A DNA stretch of 39,671 nucleotides from Candidatus Parcubacteria bacterium (GTDB lineage: Bacteria > Patescibacteriota > Minisyncoccia > UBA6257 > 2-01-FULL-56-20), in assembly GCA_041169145.1 (NCBI GenBank), contig JBEEJO010000003.1:1-39671 (forward strand), read 5' to 3'. The notes under the pieces were generated by a model. The model saw nothing but the letters and a program-made list of their open reading frames with translations. It did not search any database and was not told the origin of the DNA. The position numbers and the translations under genes are program-made. This document shows, piece after piece, positions 1-13,551 of the stretch. Each line of letters starts with the position of its first letter. Within the stretch, counting starts at the first letter, position 1.

Positions 1-4
1 TGAT

Positions 5-5326
<5,322 letters not shown>

Positions 5327-5381
5327 CGGTCCTATCACGCACGGGCGCGGGGTTGACGCCGCACCGTTCGTACGTTAGGGT

Positions 5382-5816
5382 ATGAACGCTTCCATGGAAC
5401 ACGAACCACGAATATATGAGATCGGCTTTTTGGCCGTAGACGAGGAAGGCGCGCGAGCTGTGCTTGAGGCGTTGAAACGGCGCGGCGCGGAGATCGTGCT
5501 TGAAGGGCCGGTGGAGAGGATCACCCTCGCCTATCCGATCAAGCACCAGCCTTCCGCCTATTTCGGTTACATGCATTTCCGCGTGGCCCCGGACGCCATC
5601 CGGGCCATTCAGGACGATACGCAAGGACATGCGTCGGTCTTGAGAGTGCTCATCGTAACGCCGCCGCTCTTGAAGCCCAAGCCGCGTTGGGAGGGTTCGA
5701 AGATCCACCCGCGGACATCGGCAGGAGCGGCACCCCAGACGCAAGAGGCGCCGAAAGGACCGTTGCCGCTCTCCAATGAGGCGCTCGAAAAACAGATAGA
5801 AGAGATATTGAAATAA
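5382..5816 (+). CDS. rpsF: 30S ribosomal protein S6
   Basis: YEI..LAYPIK..AYFG motif and rpsF-ssb-rpsR synteny. Alternative start ATG 5394 follows TTGACG-N17-TAGGGT. Confidence 0.9.
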   Translation: MNASMEHEPRIYEIGFLAVDEEGARAVLEALKRRGAEIVLEGPVERITLAYPIKHQPSAYFGYMHFRVAPDAIRAIQDDTQGHASVLRVLIVTPPLLKPKPRWEGSKIHPRTSAGAAPQTQEAPKGPLPLSNEALEKQIEEILK

Positions 5817-5820
5817 CCCC

Positions 5821-6291
5821 ATGGACCTCAATAAGACATTCATCATCGGACGGATGACCGCCGATCCCCAGCTCAGGACGACGCCGTCCGGTCAACCGGT
5901 CACGACGTTCGGCGTCGCGACGAACCGCCGTTGGCGCGACAAAGCCGGCGCTCAGCAGGAAGATACCGAGTTCCATACCGTTGTTGCGTGGGGGAGGCAG
6001 GCCGAGATCGCGACGCAGTACTTGAAGAAGGGAGCAATGGTGCTCATCGAGGGACGTTTGCGCACGCGTTCGTGGACCGACAAGAACAACGCATCCCACA
6101 AGACGACCGAGATCATTTGCGAGCGGCTTCAGCTCGGGCCCCGCCCCGGAGGCGCCGCTGCGCCGGCTATCGATCAGACCGCGCGTCCCGGAAGATCTTC
6201 CGATGCCGAGGCGCCGACCGCCGCGCCCATTGAAGAGATACCGACCGTCGATATTGAGGATGATATTAAAATGGAAGATCTGCCATTCTAA
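5821..6291 (+). CDS. ssb: Single-stranded DNA-binding protein
   Basis: LNK..IIGR..DP.LR.T OB-fold start, KG..V.IEGRLRTRSW, acidic DLPF tail. Confidence 0.97.
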   Translation: MDLNKTFIIGRMTADPQLRTTPSGQPVTTFGVATNRRWRDKAGAQQEDTEFHTVVAWGRQAEIATQYLKKGAMVLIEGRLRTRSWTDKNNASHKTTEIICERLQLGPRPGGAAAPAIDQTARPGRSSDAEAPTAAPIEEIPTVDIEDDIKMEDLPF

Positions 6292-6293
6292 CC

Positions 6294-6494
6294 ATGATCC
6301 AGTGCTTTTTCTGTTCGCAAAATCTGAAGCAGATAGACTATAAGGAAACCGGCCTTCTGCGGCGATTCGTTTCGTCCCAGATGAAGATCATCGATCCGAA
6401 GCATACGGGCGTCTGTGCGAGCCACCAGCGGCTGCTTGCGGAAGCGATAAAACGGGCCCGTTATCTTGCGCTCTTACCGTTCGTTCGGCGGTAG
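6294..6494 (+). CDS. rpsR: 30S ribosomal protein S18 (Zn-binding C+ form)
   Basis: CFFC..IDYK..TG.C..HQR.L..AIKRAR.LALLPF. Confidence 0.97.
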   Translation: MIQCFFCSQNLKQIDYKETGLLRRFVSSQMKIIDPKHTGVCASHQRLLAEAIKRARYLALLPFVRR

Positions 6495-6580
6495 GCGCGT
6501 ACGAGGGTTTTCTTTGTTTGTGGATCATGCGGCCCGGTGGTATTCCGGGCTGCGTTCGCATATGATAGGGATGTTCCACC

Positions 6581-7183
6581 ATGCCTGCTTTTGACGAATC
6601 GCTATTCCATTGGATATACGGCCTGAGCCACCTGAGCGTCCTTGCGGACAATATCGCCGTACTGATCGCGCGCGATATGCCGTATCTGCTCGTTATCGGT
6701 TTCTTCGTGCTGCTCACGGATGTTCGCGGTGCTCGCCGGCGTACCTTTATGTTCGCGCAGGCGGCCATCATCACGCTCGTCAGCCGCGGTATTGTCGTGG
6801 AGACTATCCGGTTCTTCTACGACCGGCCGCGTCCCTTTTCGGTATTCGGATTCGACCCACTTATGCCGCAAAGCCCATTGGAGCCTTCGTTTCCGTCCGG
6901 GCACGCCGCGTTCTTTTTTGGCCTCGCGTTCGCCGTGTGGCAGATGAACCGGACGTGGGGGATATGGTATCTCGTCGCGGCATTCCTCAACGGTTTCGCG
7001 CGGATCTTTGTGGGCGTTCACTGGCCGCTTGATGTGGCCATCGGCGCGGCTATCGGCGCGCTTTCCGCATTCATCGTGATACGATTTGCGAGCGAGCATT
7101 ATCCCCATCCGCCAGAGGTGATCGTTGGGGGACAAGTGCTGGAAATCCCCGATACATCAGGCGAAAACGAGACATTGACTTAA
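6581..7183 (+). CDS. PAP2-family membrane phosphatase (BcrC/undecaprenyl-diphosphatase-like)
   Basis: RPRP, SFPSGH and AR...GVHW..D PAP2 motifs with several TM helices. Confidence 0.9.
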   Translation: MPAFDESLFHWIYGLSHLSVLADNIAVLIARDMPYLLVIGFFVLLTDVRGARRRTFMFAQAAIITLVSRGIVVETIRFFYDRPRPFSVFGFDPLMPQSPLEPSFPSGHAAFFFGLAFAVWQMNRTWGIWYLVAAFLNGFARIFVGVHWPLDVAIGAAIGALSAFIVIRFASEHYPHPPEVIVGGQVLEIPDTSGENETLT

Positions 7184-7231
7184 CTATTAATCTGTTATAT
7201 AATTATAAACGTCGGAAATCAAACAAGCCTT

Positions 7232-7240
7232 TGCTACAAT
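7232..7240 (+). promoter_or_regulatory. Extended -10 promoter (TGnTACAAT)
   Basis: TGCTACAAT 7 nt before ATG 7248, downstream of an AT-rich tract. Confidence 0.6.
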
Positions 7241-7247
7241 AGTCGAA

Positions 7248-7745
7248 ATGAGTTTTAAAGAACCCAAACTTACGGGAGATTCTACATCAGAAATTCCGGA
7301 TCGATACGGAAACGCTCAGGATAAGATGTTTAAAGTCCCGAGCGGCGCAGAGACGATCGGAACGAGACAATCTTCCGAAGAGCTCGCGCAGAAACTTGAA
7401 CAGGATTGGCATGCATTGAGCGACGCTGAGCGGAGCGCGCGCATGGCCGAGGTCAGTCGCCGGAAGCAGGAAGAGCTCGGGACGAAATTGGAGCGGGGAA
7501 CGAATCCATATAATCCGGCGGAGCGGACGTTCGCGGCGCCGAACGCCGAATCGATCGGCCTTGAGCCGCCCGAGCCGGGGACGCCTGCATTTGCCGCATT
7601 AAAAGGGAAAGCTCGAGAGGACGCTTTTCACTATCACGAAGAGAAAGCGGTGAAATTGGCCCAGAGGGGCGGTCCGGTGCGTAATCCGAATGCTGCGGAT
7701 CACAGTAGGATCGATGCGTTGTACGAACAAGAAAACAAACCGTAA
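7248..7745 (+). CDS. Hypothetical charged, likely disordered protein
   Basis: 165-aa ORF rich in E/K/R/P with its own promoter. Confidence 0.75.
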   Translation: MSFKEPKLTGDSTSEIPDRYGNAQDKMFKVPSGAETIGTRQSSEELAQKLEQDWHALSDAERSARMAEVSRRKQEELGTKLERGTNPYNPAERTFAAPNAESIGLEPPEPGTPAFAALKGKAREDAFHYHEEKAVKLAQRGGPVRNPNAADHSRIDALYEQENKP

Positions 7746-7779
7746 TTCCAAGGTCGGGACATCAACACACTTTACTATC

Positions 7780-8121
7780 ATGGCATTTAGACCAGAAGGA
7801 GAACCGGTGCCGAAAACACCAGAAGAAGTCGCGGCCGAAGCGAGAGAGAAGTTGTTGAAGGGTGATCCAGAGCGGGTCGCACGTCAGCGCGAGGCGATGT
7901 ATAAGGGAAAGGCGCTTCGAAGCGAAGGAGTGCCGGAAAGCGGACCGGTTGACTATAAAGAAGGCCAGGTAAGCGCGGAAGAAATGGCAGATGCTTCTCG
8001 GTGGTCTCTTATGAACGGCATAAAGGGGACCCCTGCGGAAAAACTCCAAGCGTATCGGGCAGAGCAGGCGCGAAAAGCCGCACTCGAGGCCTACGAGGGA
8101 AACGAAGAAGAAGCTGCATAG
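7780..8121 (+). CDS. Hypothetical charged helical protein
   Basis: ATG 7780 (MAFRPEGEP...), E/A-rich, followed by a terminator. Confidence 0.75.
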   Translation: MAFRPEGEPVPKTPEEVAAEAREKLLKGDPERVARQREAMYKGKALRSEGVPESGPVDYKEGQVSAEEMADASRWSLMNGIKGTPAEKLQAYRAEQARKAALEAYEGNEEEAA

Positions 8122-8134
8122 CTGAACCGAACAA

Positions 8135-8161
8135 GAAACCCGCCCCGCAAGGGGCGGTTTC
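8135..8161 (+). terminator. Intrinsic terminator hairpin
   Basis: GAAACCCGCCCC-GCAA-GGGGCGGTTTC just after stop 8121. Confidence 0.7.
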
Positions 8162-8178
8162 GTTGTAGGTAAGTCGTG

Positions 8179-8205
8179 AGCACGCGGCGATCGCCGCGTG
8201 CTTTT
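8179..8205 (+). terminator. Second hairpin/terminator
   Basis: Perfect 24-bp palindrome AGCACGCGGCGATCGCCGCGTGCT followed by TTT. Confidence 0.55.
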
Positions 8206-8324
8206 CGTGTTCGTGCAAATAGCGAGACCCTGTCGGAAATTCGGGGTAAAGATCTTCCTCTGGCGCGTAGGATGGGAGATATCGCAGACCCTGAGCGCAG
8301 GAGTGGACGATGTTCGAACAAGTC

Positions 8325-8570
8325 TTACCAGAACCAAGAGCTTGCTCGTCTCTTTCGCGCGTGGAGCTTAGAGTGTCCGCTTCGAGACATGACTGAGAGA
8401 TTGCTTTTACGGAAATTCATCTTGTTCCCATCTTTATGGTGCACAACAAGACCTTTGAAGATTGAACCACCAACCTTTTTAGCTGCAACCGATCTATGGA
8501 CCAGCCTTCCGGTGTTTTTCCACCTTGGGTATCCTTTGCTGTCTTTAAAGAAGCTTCCCCACATGCTCAA
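8325..8570 (-). CDS. Small HNH endonuclease-family protein
   Basis: GY...VHR.VA...VVHHKDGNKMN...NL......H...H, the HNH_3-type beta-beta-alpha-metal motif. Confidence 0.8.
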   Translation of the reverse strand: MSMWGSFFKDSKGYPRWKNTGRLVHRSVAAKKVGGSIFKGLVVHHKDGNKMNFRKSNLSVMSRSGHSKLHARKRRASSWFW

Positions 8571-8581
8571 TAACCTTACTT

Positions 8582-8776
8582 TTATGGTCTTAGCCCGTTT
8601 TCAAGCATACAGTCCCTAAATGCAGCTTGGTCGAATCTGCCACCGTTCGGAGTTAGTAGCGTGGAAGAATTTTTGCAGCTTTCAATTATCTTCGAGGGTC
8701 TCCATTCAAACCAAAAGAATGCTATTACTAGGATGAATGTGACAAACAATAAAACGTAAGATAAGTTCTTGCTCAT
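8582..8776 (-). CDS. Small membrane-anchored hypothetical protein
   Basis: N-terminal hydrophobic helix, two Cys in the soluble part; co-oriented 11 nt upstream of the HNH gene. Confidence 0.65.
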   Translation of the reverse strand: MSKNLSYVLLFVTFILVIAFFWFEWRPSKIIESCKNSSTLLTPNGGRFDQAAFRDCMLENGLRP

Positions 8777-8969
8777 TTATGAAATTCTTTTAGCTTGTAA
8801 TCGACCTCGTATAATAAGAAGCAAAGCCCAGCTCATTAGTTTGAGTTTGTGGCATAAGCTGTCGTAGGGTTTCTTGCGAACGTTATCACGCATGCAATTT
8901 ATGCCTATTAGCTCAAAATATCAAGCGCTAATTTTGCCACCTCTTTTCTGATGTGAGTGGGGGACTCGA

Positions 8970-9074
8970 ACGTCGCCACGCTATTGCGTGGCTCTCTCAA
9001 AACCCTCGGTTTTGAGTCCGTTTCGCTCATTCCTCCACGGGGAACCGGTCGCGGTTCCCCGACCCCCTCCACTG
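8970..9074 (-). repeat. Three-hairpin structured element, copy A
   Basis: Minus strand GGGGTCGGGGAACCG-CGAC-CGGTTCCCCGTGGAGGA...CTCAAAACC-GAG-GGTTTTGAG...GCCACGC-AATA-GCGTGGC-GACGT; same architecture as 37812-37910. Confidence 0.75.
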
Positions 9075-9094
9075 TTCGAATCCCTCTCCTGCGC

Positions 9095-9136
9095 AAAAAG
9101 ATACGCTCCATCCCAAGGATGAAGCGTATCTTTTTT
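9095..9136 (-). terminator. Terminator downstream of tRNA-Leu
   Basis: 13-bp perfect arms AAAAAGATACGCT / AGCGTATCTTTTT. Confidence 0.7.
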
Positions 9137-9139
9137 GTG

Positions 9140-9223
9140 TGCCCAGGGAGGGACTCGAACCCTCAAGGCCGTGAGGCCACACGATTTTGAGTCGTGCACG
9201 TATACCAGTTCCGTCACCTAGGC
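9140..9223 (-). tRNA. tRNA-Leu(CAA)
   Basis: GCCTAGG/CTGGGC acceptor stem, anticodon arm CACGA-CTCAAAA-TCGTG, long variable arm, GGTTCGAGTCC T-arm; CCA not encoded. Confidence 0.95.
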
Positions 9224-9262
9224 AGTGCGGTTTGATACTACGCAAAATCCGGCGTAAAATCA

Positions 9263-10096
9263 ATGCAAATGGCCAAAGTCGTCGCAGTGTGCAATCAGAA
9301 AGGCGGTGTAGGGAAAACGACCACCGCCGTGAATTTAGCGGCGTACCTTGCGACGATGGGCCGCCGGTCGCTTATTGTTGATTTTGACCCGCAGGCGAAC
9401 GCTTCGTCCGCGCTTGGCATGAACCCGCTCTCGCTCGGCAAGAGCATTTATCATGGTATTTTGGGCAAGGCGACGCATCAGGAGCTCATGCAGACTTCGG
9501 AGGTCAAGAACCTGCATTTCATTCCGGCCGCGCCGCACCTTGCAGGAATTCTGGTGGAGCTGGTGAACGTTCCGGAGCGCGAATATTTTTTGCGGAAGTT
9601 CCTGCTTCCCATCCGCCACTACTATGACTACATGTTCATCGATCTGCCGCCGTCAATGAGCTTGCTCACCGTGAACGGCCTCATGGCCGCAGATGAAGTG
9701 CTCATTCCGGTGCAGGCGGAATATTACAGCTTGGAGGGCATCGGCCAGCTGTTGGAGACCATCGGGCTCATTCGGGAGAATCTCCGGCACGACCTTCGCG
9801 TGCGAGGAGCGCTCCTTACGATGTACGACAAGCGCGAGAAGCTGTCGCGCGAAGTGGCAAAAAATCTCCGGACCAATTTCCCGCATCCGGTCTTCGAAGC
9901 CGAGATCCCGCGGAACGTTTCGCTTGCGGAGGCGCCGAGCTTTGCGAAGCCCATCGTGCTCTACCGACCGGATTCGTCGGGAGCGCACGCGTATCGCCGG
10001 CTTGCGGAAGAGTTCATCCGCGCAGACCGCGAAGCACTTGCCCTTTCCGGCGGAGCGGGCCTTCTGGGATTCGGGAATTTTAATGTTGCGGTATAA
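9263..10096 (+). CDS. parA: ParA/Soj chromosome partitioning ATPase
   Basis: Deviant Walker A NQKGGVGKTT, DFDPQAN, IDLPP, IPRNV.LAEAPS. Alternative start 9269. Confidence 0.96.
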   Translation: MQMAKVVAVCNQKGGVGKTTTAVNLAAYLATMGRRSLIVDFDPQANASSALGMNPLSLGKSIYHGILGKATHQELMQTSEVKNLHFIPAAPHLAGILVELVNVPEREYFLRKFLLPIRHYYDYMFIDLPPSMSLLTVNGLMAADEVLIPVQAEYYSLEGIGQLLETIGLIRENLRHDLRVRGALLTMYDKREKLSREVAKNLRTNFPHPVFEAEIPRNVSLAEAPSFAKPIVLYRPDSSGAHAYRRLAEEFIRADREALALSGGAGLLGFGNFNVAV

Positions 10097-10102
10097 CCGT
10101 AT

Positions 10103-11245
10103 ATGACCATGGAGGACGACGAACCGGTATTGGGAAGAGGACTGGAAGCGCTGATCCCGCCGCGCCACGCTTCGGCGAACTCGGGACAGGCATCCCCGCA
10201 GGACGCGGGGCAGGTTTCGCCTGCCGACGAGCCGACAACCCAGATCCATCAGGATACGGCGCCCGTTGAGCCGGCCGTCCCGTTCTTGCCCGACGGCGAC
10301 GTGCACGGCGTTGTGCCGCCGCTTGCCGTTCTTCCCGAGCCGGAACCCGTTCCGCAAGCGGGAGCAGAGCATGCATCGCTTCGCGAGCTTCGGGAAGAAC
10401 TTGCTCCATCGGGAAAATATCCCGATGCGATATTCCATATCGAGACCGACCGCATCGTTCCGAACCCCGACCAGCCGCGGCGGAACTTTGATGAGGACGG
10501 GATAAGAGAACTTGCGGCATCCATCCGCGAGTTCGGCCTTCTTCAGCCGCTTGTCGTAACGAAGATCGAGCGCGAGACCCCGACGGGCATGGAAGTCGCG
10601 TATCAGCTCATTTCCGGCGAGCGGCGCCTTCTTGCCGCGCGAATGCTCGGACTTCCGCGCATCCCGGCCATTGTCAGGAACGTCATTTCGCGCCAGGAGA
10701 ACTTGGAACTTGCGGTCATCGAGAACATCCAGCGGGAGAACTTGAATCCCGTCGAGCTTGCTCGCGCATATTCGCGCCTCCAAGACGAGTTCAGGCTCAC
10801 GCAACGCGAGATCGCGTCGCGCCTTGGGAAGAGCCGCGAGACCGTTGCGAACACACTCCGGCTTCTTGACCTTCCGGCGGACATTCAAGGCGCGGTAGAG
10901 CAGGGCCAGATCAGCGAGAGCCACGGGCGATTGCTGTTGACGATAGACAACCCCGGGCTTCAGCAGAAATTGTTCAAGGATCTTTTGGAAAATCGCATGA
11001 CGACGCGCGAGCTATACCACAAAGCGCGAGCGGGGAAGCCGAAACAGGGCGAGCTCATCGGCAGAGGCGGCGAGCGGGCGACGCCCGAAGTGAGATTTCT
11101 GCAGGAACGGCTTTCCTCCGAACTCGGCGCTCCGGTTTCCATCCATCAGGCAGGCGGTACCGGCCGCATCACCATCAGTTTCTATTCCGACGAAGAATTG
11201 CAGAACATTCTGAATCGCCTCGGCGGGGGAGCGACGGACGTATAA
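10103..11245 (+). CDS. parB: ParB/Spo0J partition protein
   Basis: LGRGLEALI, PNPDQPRR, GERR CTPase motif, ENIQRENL, HTH LGKSRETVANTLRLL. Confidence 0.95.
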   Translation: MTMEDDEPVLGRGLEALIPPRHASANSGQASPQDAGQVSPADEPTTQIHQDTAPVEPAVPFLPDGDVHGVVPPLAVLPEPEPVPQAGAEHASLRELREELAPSGKYPDAIFHIETDRIVPNPDQPRRNFDEDGIRELAASIREFGLLQPLVVTKIERETPTGMEVAYQLISGERRLLAARMLGLPRIPAIVRNVISRQENLELAVIENIQRENLNPVELARAYSRLQDEFRLTQREIASRLGKSRETVANTLRLLDLPADIQGAVEQGQISESHGRLLLTIDNPGLQQKLFKDLLENRMTTRELYHKARAGKPKQGELIGRGGERATPEVRFLQERLSSELGAPVSIHQAGGTGRITISFYSDEELQNILNRLGGGATDV

Positions 11246-11278
11246 AAGAACGCCGGGGTCCCTTGCGGGCCCCCGGTG
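11244..11278 (-). terminator. Terminator between convergent genes
   Basis: Minus strand CACCGGGGGCCC-GCAA-GGGACCCCGGCG-TTCTTTT. Confidence 0.7.
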
Positions 11279-11297
11279 CGAATTGGAGCGTTGTCGG

Positions 11298-11633
11298 CTA
11301 TGACGACGCGTACGACGGTCGGGTGCGGAACGTGATCTGCGGGCCGTGCGTGGTCAGCTCGTGAGCGACCGTCGCGCGGTCCATCTTCTTGGCGATGGCC
11401 GCGAGGTTGTGGAGCTTCCGACGCTCCACGCTGTCCCCCGGGAGAGCCCGGAGCTGGTTCGGCTTGCCGGCGTTCAGGATGTTCAGGATGGGGCCCAGCA
11501 CGTCGTGCTCGGGGGCCGTTCTGAGCTCCGGATCGTGGACGCTCACCGTGACGTGGTGGGCGTTCTTGAGGTACTCCATCCTCACGGTGATCCGCGGAGG
11601 ATCCATGACCGCAACCCTGCTGCTGTCGTTCAT
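11298..11633 (-). CDS. Hypothetical protein
   Basis: 111-aa ORF with AAGGAG SD upstream, GC-rich third positions and a terminator downstream. Confidence 0.7.
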   Translation of the reverse strand: MNDSSRVAVMDPPRITVRMEYLKNAHHVTVSVHDPELRTAPEHDVLGPILNILNAGKPNQLRALPGDSVERRKLHNLAAIAKKMDRATVAHELTTHGPQITFRTRPSYASS

Positions 11634-11666
11634 CCGACACTCCTTCCTTCTCGTGTCTTTGAGAAT

Positions 11667-11686
11667 AAAAGCCCGCTTGCGCGGGT
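11667..11686 (-). terminator. Hairpin plus U-tract downstream of rel
   Basis: Minus strand ACCCGC-GCAA-GCGGGC-TTTT. Confidence 0.55.
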
Positions 11687-11735
11687 GGTCTGAGAACGGA
11701 GTATATCATGCAGGTCCAGTTTGTCAACCCATCTA

Positions 11736-13460
11736 CTATGGCACGAACTGATGATGCACTTCCCGAACGCCGGGGATGTTCTTCAGTTTTACGGCAAGCT
11801 TCTCTATTTTCCCTTTCTCCGCGGTGCTCACGATAACGCGGTCAACGGGCAGCTTGTTCTTCGGCGTGTTCGCCGTTTCAAAACTCACGATGTTCACGTG
11901 CGAACGGGCGATGACGGTCGTGATGTCTTTCATCATGCCGAGGCGGTCATCCACGATGAGCTTGAACTCGGTCTTCGTCGGTTCGCGTTTGCCGCCGATC
12001 GCGCGCCGTTTCGCCGAAAGCGTCGAACGGATGTGATCCCGCGCGGCGGAGCTTTTCACGAATGCAAGCCAATCCTCCGACGGCTTTTTGTTCTTCTGTG
12101 TCATGATCTCCACCATATCTCCCGATTGGAGTTCGTGGTTCAACGGAACAAGCTGGCCGCCTACCTTTGCGCCGACTGCCGTGTCCCCGATGTCGGAGTG
12201 GATGTGGTAGGCGAAGTCCACGGGAGTCGCGCCGGCGGGGAGGTCCACGACGTCGCCTTGCGGCGTGATGGCAAAGACGCGGTCTTTGAAGAATTCCACC
12301 TTCATCGCGCCCAGGAACTGCTCCGGGTCGTCTTCGGCGCTCCGATATTTCGCCTGCCAGTCCTTGAGCTGTTCCACCCAATTGGTGGTCTCGGCGATGT
12401 TCCGATCGGTATTCGAGGGAACATGCCTTCGTTCCTTGTACAGCCAGTGCGCCGCGATGCCATACTCGTTCTCTTCGTGCATTTCCTTCGTGCGCAGCTG
12501 GATCTCGATGTATTTTCCATCCGGACCGATGACCGTCGTGTGGAGCGAGCGATAGTTGTTCGCCTTCGGCATCGCGATATAGTCCTTGATGCGTCCGGGG
12601 AGCGGATGCCAATGCTGATGAATGGCGCCGAGCGCGGCGTAGCAGTGTTCCACGCTTGGCAGGATGAGCCGAATGGCGACAAGGTCGTAGATGCGGCTCA
12701 CGTCCATGTCGTACCGGAGGAGTTTTTTATAGAGCGAGTAGTAGTGTTTTGCGCGGAAGTCCAGACTGAGGACGGGAATGTTCGTTTTGTGCAGGATATC
12801 CTCCAGGATCGGCTTTGCGATCTCAAGATATTTCTGCCGCACGTGGTATTCTTCGCGAACTTCGCGTCTCAGCCAGCGTTCCTCGCGAGGATTGAGATAG
12901 GGGAATGCGAGGTCCTGGAGCGTGCCGGCGAGCTCGTGCATGCCGAGCCGTGCGGCGATGGGAGCGTAGATCTCGGCGGTTTCCAGCGCGATCCGTTTTT
13001 GTTTTTGCGGCGGGAGCGCGTTCAGGGTCTGCATGTTGTGCAGTCGGTCCGCGAGCTTGACGAACACGACGCGGAGATCCTGGGAAAGCGCGACGATCAT
13101 CTTGCGGAGATTCTCTATCTTCGCTTCCGCGCCGCGGTATTTCACGCGCGAGAGTTTCGTCACGCCATCCACGAGGAACGCGACTTCCTCGTTAAATTCC
13201 TTAACGAGCTCCTCGCGGCTCACAGGCGTATCTTCAACGACATCATGGAGAAGTCCCGCGGCGATCGCGGTGTCGTCCAAGCGCCACTTGGCAAGCGTTT
13301 CGGCGGTCGCCAAGACGTGATTGAGATACGGTTCGCCGGATTTCCGCTTTTGACCGGCGTGCGCCCGTTCGGCAAAGCGGAAAGCCCGTCCGATGACGGA
13401 GCCGGGTTCTTCCCGCGCGATCTCCTTTATGCTCCTGTCTTGTCCGGTGCGAACGGCCAT
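11736..13460 (-). CDS. rel: Long RelA/SpoT homologue, bifunctional (p)ppGpp synthetase/hydrolase
   Basis: H.GQ.RKSGEPY, HD motif LLHDVVED, KLADRLHNM, YRSLHT, EIQLRT, TGS (TPVDFAYHIHS) and C-terminal ACT. Start taken at ATG 13460. Confidence 0.95.
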   Translation of the reverse strand: MAVRTGQDRSIKEIAREEPGSVIGRAFRFAERAHAGQKRKSGEPYLNHVLATAETLAKWRLDDTAIAAGLLHDVVEDTPVSREELVKEFNEEVAFLVDGVTKLSRVKYRGAEAKIENLRKMIVALSQDLRVVFVKLADRLHNMQTLNALPPQKQKRIALETAEIYAPIAARLGMHELAGTLQDLAFPYLNPREERWLRREVREEYHVRQKYLEIAKPILEDILHKTNIPVLSLDFRAKHYYSLYKKLLRYDMDVSRIYDLVAIRLILPSVEHCYAALGAIHQHWHPLPGRIKDYIAMPKANNYRSLHTTVIGPDGKYIEIQLRTKEMHEENEYGIAAHWLYKERRHVPSNTDRNIAETTNWVEQLKDWQAKYRSAEDDPEQFLGAMKVEFFKDRVFAITPQGDVVDLPAGATPVDFAYHIHSDIGDTAVGAKVGGQLVPLNHELQSGDMVEIMTQKNKKPSEDWLAFVKSSAARDHIRSTLSAKRRAIGGKREPTKTEFKLIVDDRLGMMKDITTVIARSHVNIVSFETANTPKNKLPVDRVIVSTAEKGKIEKLAVKLKNIPGVREVHHQFVP

Positions 13461-13551
13461 GGATAGAGTGTTGAGCAGCAATGGACGAGCGTCAAGAGCC
13501 CCATTGTCATTCGCGCTACAATGAGTCGGAAACGACCGCATTCAGCGGGGA

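Noticed and set aside
8851-8905. GGCATAA/TTATGCC inverted repeat as an integron attC or dif site
   Set aside because: Only 7-bp arms; does not match attC R-box or XerC/D spacing.
8908-9263. Short ORFs over the tRNA-Leu region
   Set aside because: They overlap the tRNA, terminator and hairpin element and have no protein features.
11721-13466. 581-aa plus-strand ORF and other long antisense ORFs (491-1954, 9653-10924, 36592-37971)
   Set aside because: Shadows of well-supported genes on the opposite strand in GC-rich DNA, with no recognisable motifs.
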